Below are positions 17,381 to 26,148 of a DNA stretch of 35,912 nt, piece after piece. The notes below the pieces were generated by a model, which saw only the letters and a program-made list of their open reading frames with translations, was not told where the DNA came from and did not search any database. Each line of letters opens with the position of its first letter. Positions within the stretch are counted from its first letter, which is position 1. Source of the stretch: an uncultured Lachnospiraceae bacterium (GTDB taxonomy: Bacteria; Bacillota; Clostridia; Lachnospirales; Lachnospiraceae); NCBI GenBank assembly GCA_944381475.1, contig CALWLH010000075.1, positions 1 to 35,912 on the forward strand, written 5' to 3'. Both the position numbers and the translations under genes were made by a program.

Positions 17381-18953
17381 CCTTATCCACCGTCTTATGA
17401 CTTAAATAATCTTCAAACTGCTGTTTTACAGCCGCATACAGTCTCTCCCCGCCAGCCTCCATAAATTCGGCACGCAGGTCGCTGATATATCTGTCAAAGT
17501 CACTAACGCTTCCAGAGAACAGATCGGACAGCTTCGCCATCACCTGGTTGGTGGCTGCAATCTCCTTCTCATAGTCAGTCCTGTCAAACTTAAAACCGCT
17601 CCAGGGGGAAACGTATCCATACTGACTGTATATATCAAAATATTCTGCCCTTTGGTTCTCCGACTCATAGTAGCACGCAGCCCCGATAAAGCCGTTGCCC
17701 CTAATCCAGGAGGCTGTCAGACCCACAGCCTCCAGCTGACCGGCGTTGACCGCATAAGCATGGCCATCATATATGGTATATCCGGCGCCATACTGAAGAA
17801 GATTTGACAGCTCCTCGTCCACAAACATTCTCCTTAAAAAGTCAAACGCCTCCTCCTTATGCTCTGACTGGCTTAAGATCGCGTTTGCAGCTATGTAGTC
17901 GTTGATCCTCAGACCGGTGTCGTAGGGGTAGAGCAATACCACCTCATCCGCTTCTATGACCCTGTTTTCATCCACACTCTCATAATAACCCATGCTGGTG
18001 ATGTTCTGACCTGGAAACAACCCTTCAACGATGACATTTAAAAAGCTGTTTTCATAGTAAATCTGATAATCCGTGGTCACCTTTATCTGTTCCTCTGAAT
18101 ACAGCTGAAACATTTCGCGAAGAAGCTGGATGTATTCCTCATCATCCAGCGTGTAAATCAGGGGAGCCTCTGGTTCGTTTTCGTCCAGACAGATACCGGA
18201 GAGATATCCGTCAACGGGATAGAGCCTGGAAAAGTAGCAGTAATCCGCTGTATTTAAGGTATAATTCAGGCTGACAAACTGAGCATTGGTCTTTTCCTCC
18301 TCCTGCTGTATACGCACCAGCAGTTCTTTCAGCTCTGAAAGGGGCTTATTTAAATCCTCCTCCCCAAGTCCGTATTTATTCATCATTTCCTTTGAAACCA
18401 CATAGGTCACCCCCGGCTGCGTGCTGTACGCATATCCGTTCAGCCCATAAATATCCCCGTCAATCCGCAGGGAAGCCCATTTTAATTCCGGCATGGAAGA
18501 CGCCAGCTCCTCATCACCCTCTAAGTATGTATTCAGGCATTCCAGGTAGCCATCCTGGCGCAAAATATCATAGCTGGTAAGCCAGGAACCGTCAAACATT
18601 ACGGACAGATAGCACAAATCCAGAGAATTGCCCCCGTCCACATAATCCTTAACCGCCTGGGCATATCCGCTGGTACTCGCGTTCTGATCTGGGCTGTACA
18701 GGTTTACGCATTCGACCCTGTATGTGCAGCCCTGCCTCTGCAGATATTGATTCACTTCCTCCACCGTCTCCTGATCCATACAGGAAAATTCATCACACCC
18801 ATAGCAGAGTGTAACGATGCCGTCCTGAGCTGAAACTGCGGTTCCTTGGCTGGCATCGCTTATACTGGCCCCGTCGCCCGACGAAGGGCTTCCCCGGTCC
18901 GCGCATCCTGTCAGGCAAAACGCGCAGATTAATACATATAATAATTTTCTCAT
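17373..18953 (-). CDS. Lipoprotein (526 aa); possibly solute-binding-protein-like, function unknown
   Basis: ORF 17373..19034 opens with TTG. The first ATG is Met28 (MRKLLYVLICAFCLTGC) at 18953, giving a classical lipoprotein signal with lipobox LTGC. It is large, soluble, acidic and rich in Y/D/E. Confidence 0.65.
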   Translation of the reverse strand: MRKLLYVLICAFCLTGCADRGSPSSGDGASISDASQGTAVSAQDGIVTLCYGCDEFSCMDQETVEEVNQYLQRQGCTYRVECVNLYSPDQNASTSGYAQAVKDYVDGGNSLDLCYLSVMFDGSWLTSYDILRQDGYLECLNTYLEGDEELASSMPELKWASLRIDGDIYGLNGYAYSTQPGVTYVVSKEMMNKYGLGEEDLNKPLSELKELLVRIQQEEEKTNAQFVSLNYTLNTADYCYFSRLYPVDGYLSGICLDENEPEAPLIYTLDDEEYIQLLREMFQLYSEEQIKVTTDYQIYYENSFLNVIVEGLFPGQNITSMGYYESVDENRVIEADEVVLLYPYDTGLRINDYIAANAILSQSEHKEEAFDFLRRMFVDEELSNLLQYGAGYTIYDGHAYAVNAGQLEAVGLTASWIRGNGFIGAACYYESENQRAEYFDIYSQYGYVSPWSGFKFDRTDYEKEIAATNQVMAKLSDLFSGSVSDFDRYISDLRAEFMEAGGERLYAAVKQQFEDYLSHKTVDKDE

Positions 18954-19039
18954 AGATAATACCCCGTTATAAAAACGGAGGCGGCCGCCAATATAGCGAA
19001 CACCCCCACTATATTCAGAAATGGTATGGATCAATGTAC

Positions 19040-19438
19040 TTAAAGTGATAAATCCAAAGTTTTTGTCAATGAACCATTGCTGCCGACAACCTTATATGAC
19101 CCGTGAGCCCTGTAAAATTCATAGCCAGTATCCGGGTATTTTGTAACCATTGCAGGAGCGCTATTATTTGCCGGTCTAGAGGCTGAACCCGTTACAGTCT
19201 TCACCGTAAGGGGATTCGAAGTCTTAAACTCGTATGCGGTTAGATTAGTGGTAATATTTACCGAGCTGTCCGTTTGATGGTATATGCAGTATGCACTTGC
19301 GCTATTCGCTCCGCCTGACAAACTATAAGTAAACGTAATATCGTCAAAAGTTGTACTGTCTGTTACTGCAAATGCAGTCTGGCACATAAATACTGCAATA
19401 ATTAAAGCCAACGCCGTTTTCTTTCTTGAAGTTTTCAT
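19040..19438 (-). CDS. Small secreted protein (132 aa, Sec signal peptide), function unknown
   Basis: MKTSRKKTALALIIAVFMCQTAFA followed by a Ser/Thr-rich mature part. RBS GGAGG. Confidence 0.6.
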   Translation of the reverse strand: MKTSRKKTALALIIAVFMCQTAFAVTDSTTFDDITFTYSLSGGANSASAYCIYHQTDSSVNITTNLTAYEFKTSNPLTVKTVTGSASRPANNSAPAMVTKYPDTGYEFYRAHGSYKVVGSNGSLTKTLDLSL

Positions 19439-19483
19439 GTCTGCCTCCTTCTTGAAACCATACCATTTCTACAAAATCACAAA

Positions 19484-20764
19484 TTAGAATCCCCTAAAAA
19501 TATATGTACCTTTTTCCTCCAGTTCCAAAAGCTCATCCTTATCCGCGACGTACACGCCGTCCTTCTTCTCACCTACTCCCTCATCCGTGCCCATCAGGTT
19601 GAAAAGCAAATGATCGCCGACAGTAAACATCAATGTTACATTTCTCTGGTAATATGCTTTCTGAAGCAGCTCTCCGTCCTTATTGTAAAAGGAATATTCC
19701 ACCTTATAATCCCTTCCATCCTCTTCCTCGCCGGAGCGTATATACTCTGTCTTAACGGCAAAACAATCCCCGACTACACAGGCATCACTCACGGGACTTT
19801 TTACAAGATCCTTTGTCTCCCCCGTGTTTTCATCATACAGATAAAAGTAAAAGCAATCCTCCTCCATATCCTGTGTAAAAAAAAGAAGGGTCTGATCTAT
19901 ACCACCCGCAAGCCAAAAGGGAGCATCGCTTTTATATACTTCCTCACAGGTATTGTCCTCAGTGTCCAGCCGATAGAGAACGGATGTCTCGCTGCCGCCA
20001 TCATTCATGCTGTACACATGGTTGCCAAGCTTTGTAATATCGGTGAAATTGCTTCCCTCTCTTTCTGAAAAGCCTGTAAATTCCATTGTTGACAGATCCA
20101 GGGTGCAGAGCTGATGGGTATCCGCATTTTCTGTAATATATCCCTCTATGCCATACTCATCAGTATATTCTTCTGTTTTTACACTCTCTGATTTTTTAAA
20201 ACTGGAGAAATATAGAACATGGTCGTATATGAGGCCGTCAGACAAATCCACGCTGCCTTCAAAGGAACCCACCCTCCTTCTATTGCTGCCATCCATCTCG
20301 CATTCATAGATATCCGTATAAAATGTTGTTATACTTGAAACACCTATTTCCATTTCATCTACATCGGATTTTGTCTCGGAGGATGTAACAAAAATCAATC
20401 TCCTGCCATTATACACAATGGAATTGGTAAATACACCGGGATTTCTTACGGCTGCCGAACAGACAGGATCAGGATTTGTCTTTGAATTATAAACCAGATG
20501 ACCGCAGGTAGGATCCTGACAGATTATTCTCATACCCGGACTATCCCAATCGCTCCAGAAGATTTGCTCTGTTCCCGTGGTAATACCCTCATTTTGATAT
20601 GCAGATCCCAGATAAATATATCCATTTATACCATCTGCCCCCGCAATATCCGTTCCCTCTTTTCCTCCTGTACTGTCACAGCCGGTGAGGGATGCCGCCA
20701 AAGCCAAAGCATATAATAAGCCCATATGTCTCCTTGTTTTTCTCATTTGCCTACTCCCACGCAT
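19484..20764 (-). CDS. Lipoprotein (426 aa) with repetitive, aromatic-rich (beta-propeller-like) composition, function unknown
   Basis: R-rich n-region plus lipobox (MRGSRQMRKTRRHMGLLYALALAASLTGC). AGGAGG sits 8 nt upstream of the first ATG. Alternative starts at 20746 or 20725. It overlaps the upstream gene by 14 nt. Confidence 0.62.
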   Translation of the reverse strand: MRGSRQMRKTRRHMGLLYALALAASLTGCDSTGGKEGTDIAGADGINGYIYLGSAYQNEGITTGTEQIFWSDWDSPGMRIICQDPTCGHLVYNSKTNPDPVCSAAVRNPGVFTNSIVYNGRRLIFVTSSETKSDVDEMEIGVSSITTFYTDIYECEMDGSNRRRVGSFEGSVDLSDGLIYDHVLYFSSFKKSESVKTEEYTDEYGIEGYITENADTHQLCTLDLSTMEFTGFSEREGSNFTDITKLGNHVYSMNDGGSETSVLYRLDTEDNTCEEVYKSDAPFWLAGGIDQTLLFFTQDMEEDCFYFYLYDENTGETKDLVKSPVSDACVVGDCFAVKTEYIRSGEEEDGRDYKVEYSFYNKDGELLQKAYYQRNVTLMFTVGDHLLFNLMGTDEGVGEKKDGVYVADKDELLELEEKGTYIFRGF

Positions 20765-21773
20765 AAAGCTCTCCTCCTACAGTGATGTCCAAAACCTGGT
20801 CAATTTCCACATAATTTCCATACCATGTAATTCCTATAATCCCCTCCTCGTTTAATCCTATACTGGTAATATAGCTATTTATATCCTTGCTGCTAAGCTC
20901 CGTTCCGTCCAGAAAACTGATTTTCCAGGTTCGGGGAGCGCCATCCTTATCTATATCTAAATCCGACTCCATCCAAAAGCCGCCGGAGCTCAGATATCCT
21001 CTTTTGCCGTCGGAAAAGGTTATAAATTCCTCTGAAAAGCTCCCTTCCACAGGAACTTCAAAAAACAATTCCTTCGTCACCAAGGGAACTCTCTCCTCTG
21101 CCGCCTCCAGGTATGGAGTATACAGCACGATGCTTCTGACAGCCAGCTCAACATAATTCGTCTTTACATCCAGATACTCAAAGTTATCCAGATAGCACGA
21201 CCCTCCCAGCACAAAATATCCTGCATTGGCTTCCTCGCCCTGATCCACACGATCACAATAGAGGGATGTGGAGGACACGTAATCATTATCTTCATTACCC
21301 ATATATACCGAAAAATCCCAATAAATATCCGTCAGAATAGGGGAATGACCCTCCGGAGCCTGGCTTAAATCGCCTGCGGGCAAAGCGCTTCCATCAACGG
21401 TTTCAAGCCTTACCAGAAAATAAAAGTTTGTCTTGTCAAGAAACGCTTCACAAACTGTGATTCTATAATTGCCGCTCTCCTCTGCCTTATTCACATGAAC
21501 CACCTCCTCATCCGACGGCCGAATGGAAGATGTAAAGTAGGACTGAAGATGATATCCCTCATCATTGTCAGAAGGAGAGATATCTGCGGAGGGCTCGGAT
21601 ATGGATGTATTCGTCTCCAAATCCTGGGCTGTCATATCATCCGTGTGACTTTGTATTGGTGCCTGGCTGCTCATAGTCTCGTTATCCACCTGGCTCTTCC
21701 CGCCTACACATCCTGCCAAAGTCAGGGTAAAAAGGGCAGCGGATAACAGTAACACCTTTTTTGCTTTTTTCAT
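20751..21773 (-). CDS. Lipoprotein (340 aa), function unknown; first gene of the operon
   Basis: MKKAKKVLLLSAALFTLTLAGC (lipobox LAGC). RBS AAGGGGGAAUAAUUU. Confidence 0.62.
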   Translation of the reverse strand: MKKAKKVLLLSAALFTLTLAGCVGGKSQVDNETMSSQAPIQSHTDDMTAQDLETNTSISEPSADISPSDNDEGYHLQSYFTSSIRPSDEEVVHVNKAEESGNYRITVCEAFLDKTNFYFLVRLETVDGSALPAGDLSQAPEGHSPILTDIYWDFSVYMGNEDNDYVSSTSLYCDRVDQGEEANAGYFVLGGSCYLDNFEYLDVKTNYVELAVRSIVLYTPYLEAAEERVPLVTKELFFEVPVEGSFSEEFITFSDGKRGYLSSGGFWMESDLDIDKDGAPRTWKISFLDGTELSSKDINSYITSIGLNEEGIIGITWYGNYVEIDQVLDITVGGELYAWE

Positions 21774-22029
21774 AAAATTATTCCCCCTTTACATGCTTTT
21801 ATTATTCTTTTGCTGTCCTCATCATCTCCAACCGCAGTCAGTTTTTACATATACCATTTATAGTTCACCATCAATTCTAGAATCCTCATTGTATAAAATA
21901 TCGCCGCCTTAAAATTTAATCTTCATATATTTCCCGAGCACATATAATAATTATACATTATATATTAAAAATGATTGTCAATAGGATTTTATTTGATTAT
22001 TTTTCTTAATCTTTATATATCTTTAACAC

Positions 22030-22058
22030 AATATAGCATACATTTTTTTCTCTGTCAA
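22030..22058 (-). promoter_or_regulatory. Putative promoter (TTGACA-N17-TATATT) of the lipoprotein/ABC operon in an AT-rich 350-nt intergenic region
   Basis: Minus-strand -35 TTGACA at 22053-22058 and -10 TATATT at 22030-22035. A second TTGACA (21976-21981) has poorly spaced TATAAT candidates. The resulting leader is ~250 nt. Confidence 0.4.
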
Positions 22059-22124
22059 TAATATATTACGGCAATAAGTATTTTTTCTTTGAATCTATAT
22101 TTCTACATTTTCATGCTTTACTCC

Positions 22125-23318
22125 TCATAATCCCACCACATCCATCAGCCTTTTTAAATTATACCAGTAATCCTGACGAGCATCGGCTCCGGCGGTCAGC
22201 ACTGGAAGGGTACAAACCTGATAATCACCCACTGTAAGATATAGCTCTCCCACCTGGAGTCCTTCCCGGACAGGAGCTTCCAAAAAGCGGTCGATGCAGT
22301 AGGAAACCTCCGGCTGGTCCAGTGACGACATGAGAATATCTGGGATGAGACTGTCATCATAGGTCAGAGGAACCGTACCCACTACTCCCTCCTTCACTTG
22401 GGCAGCCGGGATATCAATTTTAGGAAACTCCGAGTTGACCTTTTCATAGTATGTAAAGCCATAGTCAAAAAGGGACCTTGCATCCGCCCATTTCCAGGTT
22501 CTGTTGCTGGGCCAGCCACATGCTAAAAGCGCGATTGTAAAGCGTTTTCCATCCCGCTCTGCAGCTCCTACATAGCAGTATCCCGCATTGCCAGTAAAAC
22601 CGGTTTTTCCGGACAAAGCCCCCTCATAGCTGTTGAGGAATGCATTCAGATTTGCCGCGTTATATGTGCTTTTATTATCCACATCTGTAAACACATGGCT
22701 GCTTGTGCGGGTTATTTCCAGAAAATCTTCATTTTGTATGCAGTAAGCCATGATCAGCGCCAGATCCTCTGCTGTAGTTTGATGACCATCCGCATCCAGA
22801 CCATTGGGCGTTACAAAATGGGTATGGCTTGCCCCTATCTCCCTAGCCTTTTCGTTCATGAGCTGGGCAAAATCCTCCACGCTTCCCGCCACTCCCTCAG
22901 CGATAATCACCGCAGCGTCATTATAGGATTCAAGCATCAGGCCCAGAAGCAGGTCGCGCAGATAAAAGCGCTGCCCTTCCCGTACTCCCATGTGAACCTT
23001 GGGCATGGAGGCGGCGTAGGCAGACGCAGTAAAAATATCATCCTGACTAGCATGTTCCAGCGCGATGATGCAAGTCATAATTTTTGTAGTGCTGGCCATG
23101 GGAAGAAGACTTTCACCGTTTTTTGCATACAAAACCCTGCCAGTATCTGCATCCATAAGCACTGCGGCCTTTGCGTGGAGAGCGGCCGTCAGTTCCGCCG
23201 CCGCCTCCTCCTGTTCCACTGTCTGTTCCTCATCACAGACCACACGGCAGGGAAAAAGACAGCCTGCAAGCATCAGCGCCAAGGTCAGCAGAGCCACCAA
23301 AAATGCTTTTCTTCTCAT
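22125..23318 (-). CDS. dacB: D-alanyl-D-alanine carboxypeptidase (serine-type, PBP5/DacF-like)
   Basis: ORF 22125..23339, with the likely start Met8 (MRRKAFLVALLTLALMLAGC) at 23318 behind GGAGG-N7. Active-site motifs are SxxK (ASTTK), SxN (SYN) and KTG (GKTGFT). Confidence 0.85.
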   Translation of the reverse strand: MRRKAFLVALLTLALMLAGCLFPCRVVCDEEQTVEQEEAAAELTAALHAKAAVLMDADTGRVLYAKNGESLLPMASTTKIMTCIIALEHASQDDIFTASAYAASMPKVHMGVREGQRFYLRDLLLGLMLESYNDAAVIIAEGVAGSVEDFAQLMNEKAREIGASHTHFVTPNGLDADGHQTTAEDLALIMAYCIQNEDFLEITRTSSHVFTDVDNKSTYNAANLNAFLNSYEGALSGKTGFTGNAGYCYVGAAERDGKRFTIALLACGWPSNRTWKWADARSLFDYGFTYYEKVNSEFPKIDIPAAQVKEGVVGTVPLTYDDSLIPDILMSSLDQPEVSYCIDRFLEAPVREGLQVGELYLTVGDYQVCTLPVLTAGADARQDYWYNLKRLMDVVGL

Positions 23319-23402
23319 GAAAAAACCTCCGATTCTCACTGTCCATCCAAGCAGGATGTTTTAACAGTATACGAATCCGAGGTGTTTTGTAGACCTCTTC
23401 TA

Positions 23403-24293
23403 TTAAACGCAGATTTGAATTTCCTTCTGAAGCGCTTGAAATTCAACCTCCTCATAGGAGCCGCCGAATTCACCATCCAGTACCCAGTCCAGCTTTTCAG
23501 GCGTCTTAATCCGGGCCCTGGAACACTTGCGCCGAATCACATATTCCGAGGAGCGGCCGGTAAACAGCTGGGGAATGATTTCACTGAGCAGCAAAGGATT
23601 ATCCACTGCCCGCACCAGGGTCAGCTCAAAAACCCCGTCATCCAGAACCACATCCCGCCCCGGCCAATGTTTCACACCCCCCACGCTCTTTGAATTAGAA
23701 ATCATACCGTAAATAAAATTTCCTTCGATCTCCTCCTCCGGCAGTTCGATCCTCATGGCTATGGGACGGATATTCTGAATTCCTTTCACACCTTCAATGT
23801 AGTACGCGGGATGTCCAATCAGGTTTTTATATTCCTGGGGCGTGGTGTAGGTCACCTCCGTAAAGGCGCCGAAAGCAGCCACATAGGTAAAGTATTCCGA
23901 GCCGAAGCACCCCAGGTCACACCCCATGGGCTCCGCCCTTGCGATTATTTTCGCAGCCTTCACCATATCCGTGGGAATACCGATGCTCCTGGCAAAGTCG
24001 TTGGTGGTTCCCGCCGGAATATAGCCCAGCAAGGGTCTGCGCTCCTTAGGAAGCGCCACAAGACCAGTCATGGCCTCCTGCAAAGAGCCATCTCCGCCGC
24101 TAACCACCAGCATATCATACGCAATGGCATACTCAGCGATCAGTTCCTGTATGTGATCCGGATGCTGGGTTGTAATCACCGTAACCAGATACTCTTCCTT
24201 TGTGAATACATCAATGATTTCTGCCAGATTCTTTGCGATTTTTCCCTTTCCCGCATGTTTATTAAAGATAAACAGCAGTTTTCTTTTGCTCAT
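23403..24293 (-). CDS. Diacylglycerol-kinase-family lipid kinase (YegS/BmrU/DagK-like)
   Basis: ORF 23403..24320, with the start Met10 (MSKRKLLFIFNKHAGKGK) at 24293 behind AAGGGGG. It has the GGDGS motif (VVSGGDGSLQEA). Confidence 0.85.
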   Translation of the reverse strand: MSKRKLLFIFNKHAGKGKIAKNLAEIIDVFTKEEYLVTVITTQHPDHIQELIAEYAIAYDMLVVSGGDGSLQEAMTGLVALPKERRPLLGYIPAGTTNDFARSIGIPTDMVKAAKIIARAEPMGCDLGCFGSEYFTYVAAFGAFTEVTYTTPQEYKNLIGHPAYYIEGVKGIQNIRPIAMRIELPEEEIEGNFIYGMISNSKSVGGVKHWPGRDVVLDDGVFELTLVRAVDNPLLLSEIIPQLFTGRSSEYVIRRKCSRARIKTPEKLDWVLDGEFGGSYEEVEFQALQKEIQICV

Positions 24294-24579
24294 AATGATA
24301 TCCCCCTTCTCGTTTCCCAATATAAGGCGGTCTCCTAAAAGCCCTCATATCTCGTAAACATGCAGAAATCAAAGCTGCTCATCCAGCTTACGCCCCCCTG
24401 ACCGTCATAACATATTATTCGTCACTCTATCATATCCCATTTCACTTTTCAAGGGAACTAATTATAAAAAAAGAATAAACCTTCATGCGCCTGGCAGGCG
24501 CACTTGACATCCCTGAATTATAGCATTCATAAATCCGGCCCCCTCTGCATAAACTGGTCAAAAAATCCTAAGGGAAGCC

Positions 24580-26148
24580 ATGTCAGCAGGAAGAGAAAAA
24601 AGAATAAAAATTTCCCCCACCGTGGCAGGTGCCCTGATCCTGACGGCCTCGGGACTGATTAGCCGCGTCATCGGATTTTTCTACCGAATATTTCTCTCCA
24701 ACACCATCGGAGCCGAGGGAATGGGACTCTACTCCCTGATCATGCCTGTCTTTACTATTTGCTTTTCCCTTTGCGGAGGCGCCTATCAAACTACAATCTC
24801 CGCTTTTATAGCCGCCAGAAGAAGAGATGTCAGCCGCCACCATATCTGTATAACAGGAATCGGTCTGTCCCTGGGAAGCGCATTGCTGCTTTCAGGGGCA
24901 CTTTATGCTTTCAATGAACCCATTGCAGTGAATATCCTCATAGAGCCCCGGTGCGCTTCTCTGATCCGGCTGCTTGCCCTGACCCTTCCCTTCAGCGCCC
25001 TTCATGCATGCATCAACGGCTATTACTATGGCCTTAAGAATTCAGGCATTCCCGCCACATCCCAGCTGGTGGAGCAATCCGGCAGAGTGGCATGTGTATA
25101 TGTTCTCTGGTACAAGCGCATCTTAGCAGGATCTGGCATCTCTGCGGCGGATGCAGTGTGGGGGATGCTGGCAGGAGAGGCTTTAGCGGTAGTGTTCCTT
25201 CTTCTGAGTCTGCTTTTTCATACCCGTAAAAATGTTGCTCCCACTCCAGCCCTTAAGGGCTCCGCATCCTACAAACATATCACCAGACCCATTCTTGCCA
25301 TGTCCGTTCCCCTGATGCTGAACCGGCTGCTGCTTTCCCTGCTTTCCGGCATAGAAGCAGTCTGGATTCCTCTGCGGCTTCAGACCTTCGGTCTTTCAAA
25401 CGCAGATGCTCTGAGCATCTATGGAGTTTTGAACGGCATGAGTATGCCGTTTATTCTATTTCCCAGCGCCCTTACCAACTCTCTGGCGGTGGTGCTGCTG
25501 CCGGATGTGGCGGAGTCAAGAGCCTGCGGCAAAGAAGACCGGATCTGCGTAACCGCCACCAGAAATATCCATATCTGTCTTACCTTCGGAATCCTTTTTA
25601 CGGGAATATTTTTCTGCTTTGGAGAGGAAATGGGCAGCATGATCTTCGACCAGGAGATTGCGGGCATCTACATCAAGAATCTGGCCCTCCTCTGCCCTTT
25701 TCTCTATCTTTCCACCACACTGGGAAGCATATTAAATGGTCTGGGCCGCACCGGCATCACCTTCGTGCAAAACTGCGTCAGCACCCTGATCAGGCTGGGC
25801 TTTGTGTACATCCTTATACCGGTTTTCGGCATGAAGGCGTATCTTTGGGGCATTTTGGTATCCCAGCTGGCGCTGACCGCCATGAATCTGATATCCCTGA
25901 AAAAAGAAGCGCCGTTTGCTTTCAGCTTCTGGCGCTCCGTGTTGTTTCCCAGTATTCTGTTTTGCGTATCCTTCCTGATTGGAAAGCAATTCGAGTTATT
26001 TTTCAGGGATATGCTGGGGCTGTCTCCCCTGATCTCCCTTGCAGGGTGCTGTATCATCATCATGGCGTTGTTTCTGGTGGGGATTTGGCGTCTGCCCTCC
26101 CCCGCAGAGAGGACTATTTCAGCATCCCCAGCAGCTCCTCCTCTGTAA
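24580..26148 (+). CDS. MOP-superfamily polysaccharide/lipid-II flippase-like membrane protein (SpoVB/MurJ/Wzx-like)
   Basis: 522 aa with ~14 TM helices. The N-terminus (IKISPTVAGALILTASGLISRVIGFFYRIFLSNTIGAEGMGLYSL) is typical of SpoVB/MurJ-type proteins. RBS AAGGGAAG. Confidence 0.7.
   Translation: MSAGREKRIKISPTVAGALILTASGLISRVIGFFYRIFLSNTIGAEGMGLYSLIMPVFTICFSLCGGAYQTTISAFIAARRRDVSRHHICITGIGLSLGSALLLSGALYAFNEPIAVNILIEPRCASLIRLLALTLPFSALHACINGYYYGLKNSGIPATSQLVEQSGRVACVYVLWYKRILAGSGISAADAVWGMLAGEALAVVFLLLSLLFHTRKNVAPTPALKGSASYKHITRPILAMSVPLMLNRLLLSLLSGIEAVWIPLRLQTFGLSNADALSIYGVLNGMSMPFILFPSALTNSLAVVLLPDVAESRACGKEDRICVTATRNIHICLTFGILFTGIFFCFGEEMGSMIFDQEIAGIYIKNLALLCPFLYLSTTLGSILNGLGRTGITFVQNCVSTLIRLGFVYILIPVFGMKAYLWGILVSQLALTAMNLISLKKEAPFAFSFWRSVLFPSILFCVSFLIGKQFELFFRDMLGLSPLISLAGCCIIIMALFLVGIWRLPSPAERTISASPAAPPL

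Noticed and set aside
22695-23693. 332-aa plus-strand ORF spanning dacB and the lipid kinase
   Set aside because: Antisense to two genes with clear catalytic motifs. No RBS, and the translation is not protein-like.
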